A DNA stretch of 64,000 nt from an uncultured Gemmatimonadales bacterium (GCA_963795085.1 CAWCFX010000001.1:1326352-1390351); one strand, 5' to 3'; counted from the first letter of the stretch, positions 47,920 to 57,292 are shown. Notes: generated from the sequence alone by a model not told the origin. Numbers and translations: made by a program.

Positions 47920-49128
47920 TCACAGGTAGCTCAGCCACGCGTCGCTTCGCCGCCGCTTGACCGCCGCGAACCACCGGCAGGCCGGGTACATCGCGACCAC
48001 GACGGCCGCCCACACCAGGTAAACCACGGGCAGCGAGTAGCCCCACCCGGGTGGCGGGCTGAAGGGATAGTGCGCCAGGTCCGGGGACTCGAACATCCAG
48101 TGGGCGGAGCCGTAGCGCACGTAGCAGGTGAGGACGGCGAGCAGGTGGATGAATGCAAAGTGCAGGATATAATAGAAGAGCGGCACCTTGCCGATGATGA
48201 GCGCGGGGCGAAGCATGCGGGGAGTGCCCCGGTCCACGGCCCAGAGGAGGAGCATCGCCGGCCCCAGCGTCATCAGCAGGAACAGGAGCGACGGCGGGTA
48301 CTTGGTGGTATTGAGGAACGAGAGCACGGTAAATGCCACCTTCGGTTGCATCGCCCATGGAGCGGCATCACCGTAGATGTTGAGTGCGCGAAGCGCGACG
48401 AACGCCGCGCTCAGGCCCAGGCCCAGCCGCAGGAGGAAGGTGCGGCGGCGGTCGCTCGCCCAGCCGTAGACCCATCCCAGGCCGTACCCGACGGCGGTGA
48501 CCCCGATCCAGGGAATTAACGGATAGGCGGCAAACACGACATGCCCAGGGCTATTGAGCACGAAGCCGGGAACGTGCAGGATGGTCCAGACCGGGTTCGC
48601 GAACTGGGCGCCGTCGAGGAGGTTGTGACCGGCGATCATGACGAGCCCGATGGCCACCACCGCGCCAACCGGCAGCCGTACCAGGGCCGCGAGCGCGATC
48701 ATCGCCCAGCCGAGCGCCCACAGCACCAGGAGCATCGTCACCCGGTAGTCCACGTTGAACTGGTACGCCAGGCATCGGAGCACCACGATCTCCAGGAAAA
48801 TCAGCCAGAGGCCCCGGGTGAAGAGGAACCGGGAGAGTTCGGCCGGGGTCTTCCGCCGGAGCGACAGGCTGGCACCGGTTCCCGTGAGCAGGAAGAAGAC
48901 CGGGGCGCAGATGTTGGTCACCCAGCGGGTAGCAAACAACGCGGGCGAAGTCGTGGCCAGGTCGGTTGGGTTCGCGCCCGGCATTCCGAAGAAGTCCCGG
49001 GTGTGATCCAGCGCCATGATGATCATGATGATGCCCCGCACCACGTCCACCGACTCCAGGCGGTGGGTCGCGGGAGGGGCGGCACCGACGGCTGACTCCG
49101 AATCTATTGCCTGCGCGTTGAAGGCCAT
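47920..49128 (-). CDS. DUF1624 / HGSNAT-like membrane protein
   Basis: 'SVDVVRGIIMIIMALDH', 'KYPPSL'. Confidence 0.9.
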   Translation of the reverse strand: MAFNAQAIDSESAVGAAPPATHRLESVDVVRGIIMIIMALDHTRDFFGMPGANPTDLATTSPALFATRWVTNICAPVFFLLTGTGASLSLRRKTPAELSRFLFTRGLWLIFLEIVVLRCLAYQFNVDYRVTMLLVLWALGWAMIALAALVRLPVGAVVAIGLVMIAGHNLLDGAQFANPVWTILHVPGFVLNSPGHVVFAAYPLIPWIGVTAVGYGLGWVYGWASDRRRTFLLRLGLGLSAAFVALRALNIYGDAAPWAMQPKVAFTVLSFLNTTKYPPSLLFLLMTLGPAMLLLWAVDRGTPRMLRPALIIGKVPLFYYILHFAFIHLLAVLTCYVRYGSAHWMFESPDLAHYPFSPPPGWGYSLPVVYLVWAAVVVAMYPACRWFAAVKRRRSDAWLSYL

Positions 49129-49159
49129 GACCGCCGGAAGCGAGAGGGGTGGGGCCGGG

Positions 49160-49756
49160 CTACGCCCGGCGGACAGGGTAACGCAGGTGGGTAACGCCGA
49201 CGCCCGGCGTCACGGCCGGAGTGCCCAGGCTGATGGGCGGGCCGGCGAGGCGGTCGAAGAGTCGCACGCCGGAGCCAAGAAGAACCGCCGCGATATCGAC
49301 GTGGATCTCGTCGAGGAGGCCGGCGTTGAGGCACTGCTGGATGGTGTCAGCCCCGTGGACTCCCACGGATTTTCCCGCGGCGGCGGCCTTGGCTTGGCTC
49401 ACGGCGCTTGCGATCCCGTCGGTCACGAACTGGACCGTCGAGCCGGGGCGCGGCCATCCCGCGGGGACGTGGTGGGTAAGCACGAAGGCCGGTCCCCAGG
49501 CATGATTGCCGCCCCAGCCTTGGGCGACCTCGAAAGTGCGCCGGCCGGTAAGCACCGCCCCGAGTTCGGACCAGAGTCCGCGGAGGTGCCCGGCGCTCGG
49601 CCCGGACACCTTGAACGTCATGGGGTCAGACCCTCCGGTCTGGAAGGCGACGTCTCCCGAGGAGAAGTACCAGTCGAACACCGCGGCCACCCCGTCGTTG
49701 CGGTCGGCGACGTAGCCGTCAAGCGACATGGACATGATGGCGACAACCTTCGACAT
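49160..49756 (-). CDS. Dihydrofolate reductase-like (RibD C-terminal) protein
   Basis: 'MSMSLDGYVA', 'GRRTF', 'GLLDEIHV'. Confidence 0.9.
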   Translation of the reverse strand: MSKVVAIMSMSLDGYVADRNDGVAAVFDWYFSSGDVAFQTGGSDPMTFKVSGPSAGHLRGLWSELGAVLTGRRTFEVAQGWGGNHAWGPAFVLTHHVPAGWPRPGSTVQFVTDGIASAVSQAKAAAAGKSVGVHGADTIQQCLNAGLLDEIHVDIAAVLLGSGVRLFDRLAGPPISLGTPAVTPGVGVTHLRYPVRRA

Positions 49757-49785
49757 TCTGACGTTCCCTGGTGTGGGGGCGTGGG

Positions 49786-50157
49786 TCATCGGGCCGGGCT
49801 GCCGAACGTCATGCGGTGGCCGTCCGGGGTCTGCAGCGCAAACTCCCGCATGCCCCAGGGCTTGGTCACGGGCGGGACCCGGACCGGTGCCCCGCGGGCA
49901 GAGAGCTCGGCGTACAGGGCGTCGATGTCGTCGACCGTGACATAGGCAACATACGAATGGTCCCCCAGCTCGCTCGCCGGCACGGAGTCGATGCACTCGC
50001 CCAGGCCGACCCGGAAGTTGTCCCGGGAGAGCCAGCTCCAGCCGTCCGACTCATCACCAAAGTCTCGCTGGAAACCGAGAGTGTTCAGATAGAAATCGGT
50101 GGCGGTCCGAAGGTTGCGAACCGCCAGGATGAGCCGTATTCCTTCGAATCGAGCCAT
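49786..50157 (-). CDS. VOC/bleomycin-resistance family protein
   Basis: 'FYLNTLGF', 'PWGMREFALQTPDGH'. Confidence 0.9.
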   Translation of the reverse strand: MARFEGIRLILAVRNLRTATDFYLNTLGFQRDFGDESDGWSWLSRDNFRVGLGECIDSVPASELGDHSYVAYVTVDDIDALYAELSARGAPVRVPPVTKPWGMREFALQTPDGHRMTFGSPAR

Positions 50158-50426
50158 TGCGTCCTCTTTCCCCTGTTGGTGCCCGCCAAGCGGGCCGGCG
50201 CGGCGCGTCGTCCAGGTGCCAGTGGGCTGCCCTGCAGACACCAGGGCGAGCGCGTCCCCGGTCAGCGGGAACGGCCGGTCAGACCTGCCTCTCCCGCTCC
50301 CCCGATCACGGTTCCGGGCTCTTCTTCATGGCGGTGAGACGCGCCCCGCATGTCCACGACACAACTCGGATGTGGCCTGGTCGTCAGGCCTCACCGTTTC
50401 CCGATGACCGATGCCGCCCTGACTCT

Positions 50427-50777
50427 TCAAACGTGAGTCAGAATATTCACGAGGCGCCCAAACGGGTCCCGGACAAAGAAGCGCCGCACGCCCCAGGGCT
50501 CAACGACTGGGCCGTAGGCAATCTCGAAACCGCCTTTCACAAACTTGCCGAACGCGATGTCCAGGTCATCGACCTCGATGGAGAGATCGGGCACTGGTGT
50601 GCCGGATCCGCCCTCCCTCAGGAAGCTGATCTGGACCGGCATCGTGATCGTGCTGCCATACGTGCGTATCCAGGTCATGTCCATCAGCAGATCCAGGCCG
50701 AGGATCTCCCCGTAAAAGGGTTCGGCAAGGGCGGGATCCACCGCGGTGACGTTGGCGACAATGCGTTGAACCCTCAA
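50427..50777 (-). CDS. VOC/glyoxalase family protein
   Basis: 'FYGEILGL', 'EPWGVRRFFVRDPFG'. Confidence 0.9.
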   Translation of the reverse strand: MRVQRIVANVTAVDPALAEPFYGEILGLDLLMDMTWIRTYGSTITMPVQISFLREGGSGTPVPDLSIEVDDLDIAFGKFVKGGFEIAYGPVVEPWGVRRFFVRDPFGRLVNILTHV

Positions 50778-51003
50778 GGTGCCTCCGATCGCCGGTCAGT
50801 GACGAAGTGGTATTCTACGACCCAGCCCGGCGGGCCGCACCCGGTAATCCTGTGCCCTGGTCGCCCAAAATGCAATCTGAAGAGAGACCCCTCGCCGTGG
50901 CGGCAGCACCGCCGGATCGGGCATCCCGCGGCCGCGTCCAACTCGTCGAGACTGAGATTAACCGCTGTTTCCACTTGACACCCTGGCATGCCCGGAGTGG
51001 TAC

Positions 51004-51123
51004 GGGTTGATGTCCCCGCATCAGCGGCAGGGCGCGGAGTGTTTCGGGGGACGTACCCGGCGGACACAGGCCTTGCCAGCCTGGCCGCCGGCCGAGCGCG
51101 GACGGCTGCATGCGGTGGTTCCG
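51004..51123 (-). repeat. Probable decayed attC of another family
   Basis: Minus strand AAC-CACCG-CATGCAGC...GCTGATG-CGG inverted arms with one extra base; core GTT lost. Confidence 0.5.
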
Positions 51124-51187
51124 AGGTATCGGCGTAACGGGGCATACGTGCGGCACCCATCCGGAAGAGCGAGAAAAGTTCCGGATA

Positions 51188-52129
51188 CTAGCGAGAGAGA
51201 AGCAGTCCGGCGCCCGTGCCAGCTGACATCAGGACGAAGCCGAGGAGGGTCCAGGCTTGTGCGGGGATGATCTCCTTCGTCGTGTCGGGCTGGGCCAGGA
51301 GGCGGCGGGCGGCAAGAGCGACCGGGGGGAGGCCAATGAAACCCAGCGCCGTGAGTGCCGGCAACCCGGTGACCGGGAGAAGCGCCAGGAGCAGGAAAGC
51401 CGCCGTGACGATCGCGGCGAAACCGCGGGCCGACCACTTCCGCCCGAGGATGACCACCAGCGTTCGTTTCCCGGCTTCGCGGTCAGCGCGGCGATCAGGA
51501 AACTCGTTGATCAAGAGAAACGCACCGATGAGAAGCGCGAGCGGCATCGAGAGGAGGGCTGTCTCTGGCGTGAGGTGGTGTCGTTGGACAAGGTAGGTCC
51601 CGGCGGTGATGAGCGGTCCATAGACCAGGGCGACCGTGAGTTCCCCCAGGCCCCGGTACGCGAGCTGGAAGGGGGGAGCGTGGTAGAAGAATGCGAGGGC
51701 GACACCGACAACGCCGACCCAAAGGATCCCCGGTTCCCGCCACAGCACGATCCCGATCCCGCAGGCGATTCCCCCGGCGTAGAGGAGGGCCGCCATGATG
51801 ATCGTCTGGCGCCGAGTCATCAGGCCGTCCACCAACACCCGTTTGCCTCCGGAAAAGGGGCTCCGATCCTGCTCGGTCACGCCTCTGTCCGTGCCCGAAT
51901 CCCAGTCAAAGACCTCTCCAGAGGTGTTCTTGGCAGCCTCGAGAAGGAAGATCCCGACGATGGTCCAGGCGAGCCAGATGAGGCTGATAGTGCCGTCCCG
52001 CGCGGCGGCGGAGAATCCCAGCCAGATCGAGGACATCGAGGCCAGGGTGATCTTCGGGTCCGCCACCCGGGAGAACCCCTTCCTGTAACTGGAAGGCGGA
52101 GCCAGGTTCACGCCACCCCCAGTGGTCAA
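51188..52129 (-). CDS. menA: UbiA-family prenyltransferase (MenA-like)
   Basis: 'NTSGEVFDWDSGTD', 'SPFSGG', 'LAYRGLGE', 'NEFPD...D...GKRTL'. Confidence 0.85.
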   Translation of the reverse strand: MTTGGGVNLAPPSSYRKGFSRVADPKITLASMSSIWLGFSAAARDGTISLIWLAWTIVGIFLLEAAKNTSGEVFDWDSGTDRGVTEQDRSPFSGGKRVLVDGLMTRRQTIIMAALLYAGGIACGIGIVLWREPGILWVGVVGVALAFFYHAPPFQLAYRGLGELTVALVYGPLITAGTYLVQRHHLTPETALLSMPLALLIGAFLLINEFPDRRADREAGKRTLVVILGRKWSARGFAAIVTAAFLLLALLPVTGLPALTALGFIGLPPVALAARRLLAQPDTTKEIIPAQAWTLLGFVLMSAGTGAGLLLSR

Positions 52130-52186
52130 ACCGGAGTCCGGATCGTCACCGCCGATCCAGTCAGCGGGCCGACACCGTGGTAAGCC

Positions 52187-52280
52187 GCCGAACGGTTTGC
52201 GGAGTGGAATGCGCGCTCATCGTGTCCCAACATCCGGCAGGTGAGCCGGCACGGAATGAGACGCCACTCGCCGGTCAGGC
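52187..52280 (-). repeat. Decayed attC of the main family
   Basis: GCCGAACGGTTTGCGGAGTGGAATGCGCGCTCATCGTGTC...GAATG...GCCACTC...GTCAGGC. Confidence 0.8.
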
Positions 52281-52287
52281 GGCCGCC

Positions 52288-52776
52288 CTAGGTACGAGGG
52301 CGAAGTGTCTCATGCTCGAACACGATCGCCAGGCCGGAATCCACCGCGACGAGCAGGGCGGCGTAGATGTAGGGCACCGTGTCCCGCTGTCCGGCACCTT
52401 GCCACCGGAAACCGCCGGTGACGATCACCTGGTCCGCGCCAATGGCGTCGAACGTCAAACCCTCCCAGGCGAAGAAGGCGGGAGGAGACCACGGCCCCCG
52501 GTACCTCGCATCAAGCTCGGCCCGGGTGGACCGGCGGGCCACGCCATTGAAGACGACGAGGGCGCCCTCCGGGTGGTAGAACCCGGCGATGGCGTCCCGG
52601 CGCGGCGTGGCCAGGGCGGACCCGTACGCCTCGTAGTGGGCCGCCGCGGCAGCCCGGAGATCCATCGGGGGGCCGTCTCGCCGGGGTGCCGGAGTCGCGC
52701 CCGGAGCGCAGGCCGCGGCGAGCAGGGCGAGAGCCATGAGGGTCATCCCGAAGCGATGGGTCAGGAGGGTCTCCAT
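52288..52776 (-). CDS. NTF2-like lipoprotein; former cassette gene
   Basis: Lipobox 'AAAC'; flanked by two decayed attCs with near-complementary ends. Confidence 0.75.
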   Translation of the reverse strand: METLLTHRFGMTLMALALLAAACAPGATPAPRRDGPPMDLRAAAAAHYEAYGSALATPRRDAIAGFYHPEGALVVFNGVARRSTRAELDARYRGPWSPPAFFAWEGLTFDAIGADQVIVTGGFRWQGAGQRDTVPYIYAALLVAVDSGLAIVFEHETLRPRT

Positions 52777-52784
52777 TCAAGGCT

Positions 52785-52836
52785 GCCTGGCGGTTGGCGC
52801 CGGAGCGGCCGATCAGGGTCTTTCCGGCGCGAATGG
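52785..52836 (-). repeat. Decayed, internally deleted attC
   Basis: GCCTGGCGGTTGGCGCCGGAGCGGC...CCGGCGCGAATGG, within 10 bp of the downstream start codon. Confidence 0.6.
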
Positions 52837-53067
52837 GTGAATATTGAACCTGGCACTGCGGCACCGCGAATGTCGCGTCATCCGGGGCCGAGGGCGACGC
52901 CGCCGGCCGCTCGTAAGGTGGAGGGGGAGCGCGGGAGCCGCAATTGGGGCACGGGTGAGGGCGCCAGTCCGGGACGTCGGTGCCCCCAATGGGCCGCACC
53001 GAGTGGCGTGCCGGGGGACATGGGTAGCACCGGTCTCGCAAGAGGAGGTAGAAGTGCCCGCCAACGG

Positions 53068-53646
53068 CTAGCCAGCACTTGACCCAGTGAAGCGGGGGAG
53101 CCGGTTCCTGGTCGCTGCAACGTGGTGGCGTGCGTGGTACAGCGTGAAGTAGATCATCTCGCGAGCGGTGATCTTCCCCAGTAACGGATGGGGCAGCAAG
53201 ATCATATTCAGCTCCTTCTCGTTCCACGACGCTAGCGCCTTCTGAAGCCGATCGTTTGCCCGGTGCCAGCGTGCGAGCAACTCGCGACGACGGGCATCGC
53301 CCTGGGATGTCGGCAGGTCATGGCGATTGGGAACGAATGGCGCGGAGGCGCGACCGCCCGCAGCCAGCCGGAGAAGATAGTCATCCCGTAGTGCAGGGTA
53401 GCTACGTCCGGAACTCCGGGATCGACCGAATCGAATACGCAGGACAATCCGCGGAACTGCGAAACCCCTCGCCACCGCGCTCACCGCAGAAGTGAGATGG
53501 GCCAGCTGCTCGGCGGCGGTCCAGGCGCTGTCCGCCCGCATGACGAGTTCCTCTGGAGTGAGCGAAGCAAAGAAATCTGCAACGTCCACTTCCGAAGCAG
53601 ATAAGGCCGATATCAGGTTTTCGCGAGTCCAGTGCTCGGTTTGCAA
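53068..53646 (-). CDS. DinB family protein
   Basis: GAGGA RBS and TTG; 'WTAAEQLAHL', 'PHPLLGKIT', 'YHARHH'. Confidence 0.88.
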   Translation of the reverse strand: MQTEHWTRENLISALSASEVDVADFFASLTPEELVMRADSAWTAAEQLAHLTSAVSAVARGFAVPRIVLRIRFGRSRSSGRSYPALRDDYLLRLAAGGRASAPFVPNRHDLPTSQGDARRRELLARWHRANDRLQKALASWNEKELNMILLPHPLLGKITAREMIYFTLYHARHHVAATRNRLPRFTGSSAG

Positions 53647-53681
53647 GGAATCCTCAGGGTCGATGGACGTTCTCACAGTGC

Positions 53682-53775
53682 GGCTGACGGGGTTCGCTTG
53701 GCTGGCCATCGGGCTCGGCGTATGGGGCGTCCCGCGGGAAGCGGCGCGGTTGGCCGGTCCAGGCGCGTGTTAGGT
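53682..53775 (-). repeat. Decayed attC of the main family
   Basis: GGCTGACGG...TATGGGGCGTCC...GGCGCGGTTGGCCGGTCCAGGCGCGTGTTAGGT. Confidence 0.85.
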
Positions 53776-54213
53776 GGCGCCAAGCTGCCGTGCCTCAATG
53801 CGGCTCGCTATCGCCTGGGCGATGGCACTGGCCAAAGGGCGGTGCCGGCGGTGAATCCGCAAACTGAGTGTGACGCCGCGCACCCCCGGCACCCCGTCGA
53901 AGGCCTCTCTCTCGCGCGCTCGCAAGTCCAGACGGGGCGACCACCAACCCCCGACGACCCACGCGCCGGCAATACATTCGCTCGGCAACTCCAGCCAATC
54001 CGGCGGGAGCTCATTCACCTCGGTGCCAACGCGGTCAAGCGACACCTGCTGGACCGTCTGGACTTCGGCCCATTCGAGCGTAAGGCCCTGCTCGGTCACA
54101 CGAAGGATACCGTCCGCTCGGTGGCTGACCGACTCGATTCCCCTGAACCCCATGGTGTCCCATCCCGGGCGCTTGAGACGAAACGGCAGTGGGTCAAGGC
54201 GCGGACTAGACAA
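53770..54213 (-). CDS. Cassette hypothetical protein
   Basis: ORF fills the cassette; TAA in R''. Confidence 0.75.
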   Translation of the reverse strand: MSSPRLDPLPFRLKRPGWDTMGFRGIESVSHRADGILRVTEQGLTLEWAEVQTVQQVSLDRVGTEVNELPPDWLELPSECIAGAWVVGGWWSPRLDLRAREREAFDGVPGVRGVTLSLRIHRRHRPLASAIAQAIASRIEARQLGAT

Positions 54214-54261
54214 AAGCGGTCCCCGGTGTTGGTGGTGAGGCGAAGGGGGTGGCTCGGCGCC

Positions 54262-54369
54262 GCCTGACGAAACGCGCTTTAGCTGCGGCCTGCGGCGGCC
54301 GCAGACAAGATAGACCCGTTCGCTCTCAGGCGGACGCCGCGGGCCGACAGCTTCAAGCGCTGGTTAGGC
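54262..54369 (-). repeat. attC of a different family (R' = GTCAGGC)
   Basis: GCCTAAC-N5-CTTGAAGC...GCTAAAG-N8-GTCAGGC with long inner inverted arms. Confidence 0.85.
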
Positions 54370-54732
54370 AGCGGCATTCCATGCCTCTTCAAGCCATCGA
54401 CGGGCGTGGGCATCTAGGTCGGCCTTCGAACGGAGTTCAAGATGGTGCATGAATCGCCCGGGCGCTGGCTGGACGACTTGCTTCCAGCGGCGGGACCGGT
54501 CGCGGCGTTGCAGGGCGATCGAGAGCACCAAGGGAGGACGTTTGCCGCGGAGGTACTGGGCGGGGACCCAGACCCAGGCAAAGGCGCGGCGGCGTCGGAA
54601 CGCGACCTGACTCCTGGTGACCCGGATGCCTGTGGGCCCAATGCCTAAGAGGAGCTCCTGAACTCGGTCGAATAGCGGCCGCGAGGCGGGGTACCGAGAG
54701 AAGAACTTGTCAATCGACGTTGACGGGGTCAT
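54364..54732 (-). CDS. Cassette DUF5655-like protein
   Basis: 'TRSQVAFRRRRAFAWVW', 'RFMHHLEL'; TAA in R''. Confidence 0.8.
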   Translation of the reverse strand: MTPSTSIDKFFSRYPASRPLFDRVQELLLGIGPTGIRVTRSQVAFRRRRAFAWVWVPAQYLRGKRPPLVLSIALQRRDRSRRWKQVVQPAPGRFMHHLELRSKADLDAHARRWLEEAWNAAA

Positions 54733-54792
54733 TTCGCAGCTTCCCGCGACTTGTAACGAGCCGAATACCAAGGGAGATAGCGGCTTGCTGCT

Positions 54793-54889
54793 GCATAACG
54801 GTTTGCGCTTGAGTGGCAACCGCGCTGATCATGTCTCAGCGTCCATCGGGCGGTCTGGCGCGAATGGCCACTCCAAGCGCGTGTTAACA
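54793..54889 (-). repeat. attC (main family, mosaic)
   Basis: 97-bp copy. Confidence 0.92.
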
Positions 54890-54894
54890 GCAGC

Positions 54895-55461
54895 TTAGCA
54901 GGAGGCTAGCTGAGCGGGGCTGCGGCATAAAGCGATCCTATCAGACTTCATCTGACCCGAGGATGAGGCAAACGTAACCCGCGTCAGTGGACGCTGTGTT
55001 TTGAAAATGTGCTTTTGCTCGTTGAACCGAATCGCGAGTTGGCCTGGCATGGACCAGTCGACAGATAAGACCGTCGTATCACCTACAGCCGGAGGAGACT
55101 GGATCTCCACACGGTCGGTCGGAGTACTACCCACTAAGTAAATCATACGCGCTATCATGGGACGGTTTTTCGTTGGGAACGCCATTTGAAGTAGAATCGC
55201 TTCACTGGAATCACCGAGAATGACACTGAAAAGTGGACTCCACTCGGGGTTATGTCGCAATGCCCCTACGACAAGGTGAGCGTCCAAATGGGTGGCTGGG
55301 GTGAGGTCTTCAATGGTCCAGTTAGAAAAGTGTCCCTCTGGGGTGTCCAGGTCGAACGAGAACGAGCTGAGCCCGATGCTTGTTGATGCCTGCCCGGCCA
55401 GAGGAGTAGAAATGGCAGCGACCGTCAAGATCCAGAGGATACCGGCGCTTAGCGGGCGCAT
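54895..55461 (-). CDS. Cassette secreted hypothetical protein
   Basis: GAGGAG RBS, signal peptide, beta-rich. Confidence 0.75.
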   Translation of the reverse strand: MRPLSAGILWILTVAAISTPLAGQASTSIGLSSFSFDLDTPEGHFSNWTIEDLTPATHLDAHLVVGALRHNPEWSPLFSVILGDSSEAILLQMAFPTKNRPMIARMIYLVGSTPTDRVEIQSPPAVGDTTVLSVDWSMPGQLAIRFNEQKHIFKTQRPLTRVTFASSSGQMKSDRIALCRSPAQLASC

Positions 55462-55491
55462 GAGATATCTCCTCAAAGAGGGTGTGCTGCT

Positions 55492-55588
55492 GCTTGACGG
55501 TGTGCGCTTGAGCGGCAACCGCGCTCAGCATATGGGGGCGTCCAGCGGGTAGCCGGGCGCGGTTGACCGCTCCAAGCGCGTGATAGGC
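55492..55588 (-). repeat. attC (main family) with both core triplets mutated
   Basis: R'' GCCTATC, R' GTCAAGC. Confidence 0.9.
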
Positions 55589-55594
55589 TGCCGT

Positions 55595-56140
55595 TTAGTG
55601 CGATCCCAACCCGAGCCCAACTGTCCAGATCGGGGGATTCCTGTCATCATAGAGAGTATGAAAGGTGACGCCGGCGGCCAGCGTTATGCCCACGCGCCTG
55701 CTCAGAGGCACTCCTAGGCCGGATCGAACCCCGAGGCCCAGGCCGGTGCCGTCCTGGATTCTGCTTTGGGTCGGGCCCCCGGCATTGATCGAATAGGAAT
55801 ACAGAGGGACGTTACTGTGCAACACCGAAGCCCCAAGAGCAACAAAAGGACTGAGCTTTTGTGACTCGCCTTGGGAGTACAGAATCTCGCTTCCCAACGC
55901 GATCACTTGGCGATGTTCGGAGAACTGGCCCATGCCCACCGAGGAGTAGCTAAAGGGTACTCCGATGCGCCAATGAGATGAAATCCGCCGGGCCAAGCCG
56001 ATGCTGAATCCCACCCCATCATTGCCGAACGCGTGTGTATAGTGCCCGGAAGCATTCCAAGACCACGACGGAGTGTCCTGCGCGTTACCAGGAGCCGTAA
56101 TGATGCAGGGAACCAGCAACATCAGTGAGCGAAGCGTCAT
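55595..56140 (-). CDS. Cassette small outer-membrane beta-barrel protein
   Basis: Signal peptide, alternating beta-strand pattern, 'SPFVALGA'. Confidence 0.7.
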   Translation of the reverse strand: MTLRSLMLLVPCIITAPGNAQDTPSWSWNASGHYTHAFGNDGVGFSIGLARRISSHWRIGVPFSYSSVGMGQFSEHRQVIALGSEILYSQGESQKLSPFVALGASVLHSNVPLYSYSINAGGPTQSRIQDGTGLGLGVRSGLGVPLSRRVGITLAAGVTFHTLYDDRNPPIWTVGLGLGSH

Positions 56141-56163
56141 TTGCCTTGATCTGGATTACGGCA

Positions 56164-56261
56164 GCCTAACGGTTTGCGCTTGAGTGGCAACCCGCGCTCA
56201 GCATATAGTGGCGTCCAGCGGGTACCTGGGCCCGGTTGACCGCTCCAAGCGCGTGTTAAGC
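56164..56261 (-). repeat. attC (main family, mosaic)
   Basis: 98-bp copy. Confidence 0.93.
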
Positions 56262-56576
56262 AGCGCCGTTGGGATCTGGATCAGTCCCCTTCGACCGCTC
56301 GCCAGGCGCATATCCAAACATTTCTTTGGCAATGGCGCGAAACTCTTCGGCCCCAAAGGGCTTGTCGGGCACCCTTCCGGGGTCTGCTTCACGCATACTG
56401 AGCCAGAACACTCGTCCGAACAATGTTTCAATGCGTTCCTGCTCCGCCGCAGATATGGCTCCAGGCGAGTAGTGGAGGCCAAAGTCCCCGCAGGTATGGA
56501 GCTCGTGAGCCGCCGCGGCGAGATCGAGGTCCCCTGCCAGGTAGCGCTGAACTATTGCGAGTGAGTTAACATTCAC
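56256..56576 (-). CDS. Cassette hypothetical protein
   Basis: AGAGG RBS, GTG start, TAA in R''. Confidence 0.7.
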   Translation of the reverse strand: MNVNSLAIVQRYLAGDLDLAAAAHELHTCGDFGLHYSPGAISAAEQERIETLFGRVFWLSMREADPGRVPDKPFGAEEFRAIAKEMFGYAPGERSKGTDPDPNGAA

Positions 56577-56592
56577 GAGGCCTCTTGGCGCT

Positions 56593-56690
56593 GCTTAACG
56601 GTTCGCGCTTGAGCGGCAATCCGCGCTCAGCATATGGGGGCGTCCAGCGGGTAGCCGGGCGCGAATGGCCACTCCAAGCGCGTGTTAGGC
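56593..56690 (-). repeat. attC (main family, mosaic)
   Basis: 98-bp copy. Confidence 0.93.
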
Positions 56691-56694
56691 GGCC

Positions 56695-57189
56695 CTAGAA
56701 AGTGAAGCCCACTTGAAACCGGGGAAAGGCCAGACTCGACATCCCCAGGTTCGGCTTCCCCCACAGCGGTGGAACCACTGCCAGTCCAAAATCAGTAAAA
56801 ACCCGCTGATTTCTCATCCACAGGCGCTGGCCAAACTCGATAAGGAGTGACCCTGAGTTCCGGAGGGAGCCCCATCCAATCCAGGTGCCAAGCCCAAAGT
56901 ATGACTGGCAATCGCTAAAGAATCCTGAACCCAAAGCAACCTCTGCGTATGGCGTCACGCCATCCCTCCCAACTCCAACACCTAACAGAACAGGGGAAGA
57001 GCCGATTGACTCGGTAAAGCGCACACCGAGCGTGGCGGTATTGGCTCCCAATCCGATGGCAAGGAAGTGCGTGTGGTTGGGATCCCACTGCTCGAGGGGC
57101 GAGGGATCTTGCGCAGCACTCTCATTCGCGGCTACCAGAAGAAAGAGAGCGGCTTTGGCCAAGGCTTTCCCAATCACGGTGCTCTCCAT
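56695..57189 (-). CDS. Cassette outer-membrane beta-barrel-like protein
   Basis: Signal peptide; C-terminal beta-signal-like 'FQVGFTF'. Confidence 0.7.
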   Translation of the reverse strand: MESTVIGKALAKAALFLLVAANESAAQDPSPLEQWDPNHTHFLAIGLGANTATLGVRFTESIGSSPVLLGVGVGRDGVTPYAEVALGSGFFSDCQSYFGLGTWIGWGSLRNSGSLLIEFGQRLWMRNQRVFTDFGLAVVPPLWGKPNLGMSSLAFPRFQVGFTF

Positions 57190-57194
57190 GGGCC

Positions 57195-57292
57195 GCCTAA
57201 CGGTTTGCGCTTGAGCGGCAACCCGCGCTCAGCATATCCTGGCGTCCATCGGGTGGCTCGGCGCGGTTGACCGCTCCAAGCGCGTGTTAGGC
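57195..57292 (-). repeat. attC (main family, type A)
   Basis: 98-bp copy. Confidence 0.95.

Noticed and set aside
52840..53078. attC closing the DinB cassette
   Set aside because: Only a possible R'' trace (GCTAGCCAGCAC) is visible; the rest cannot be aligned
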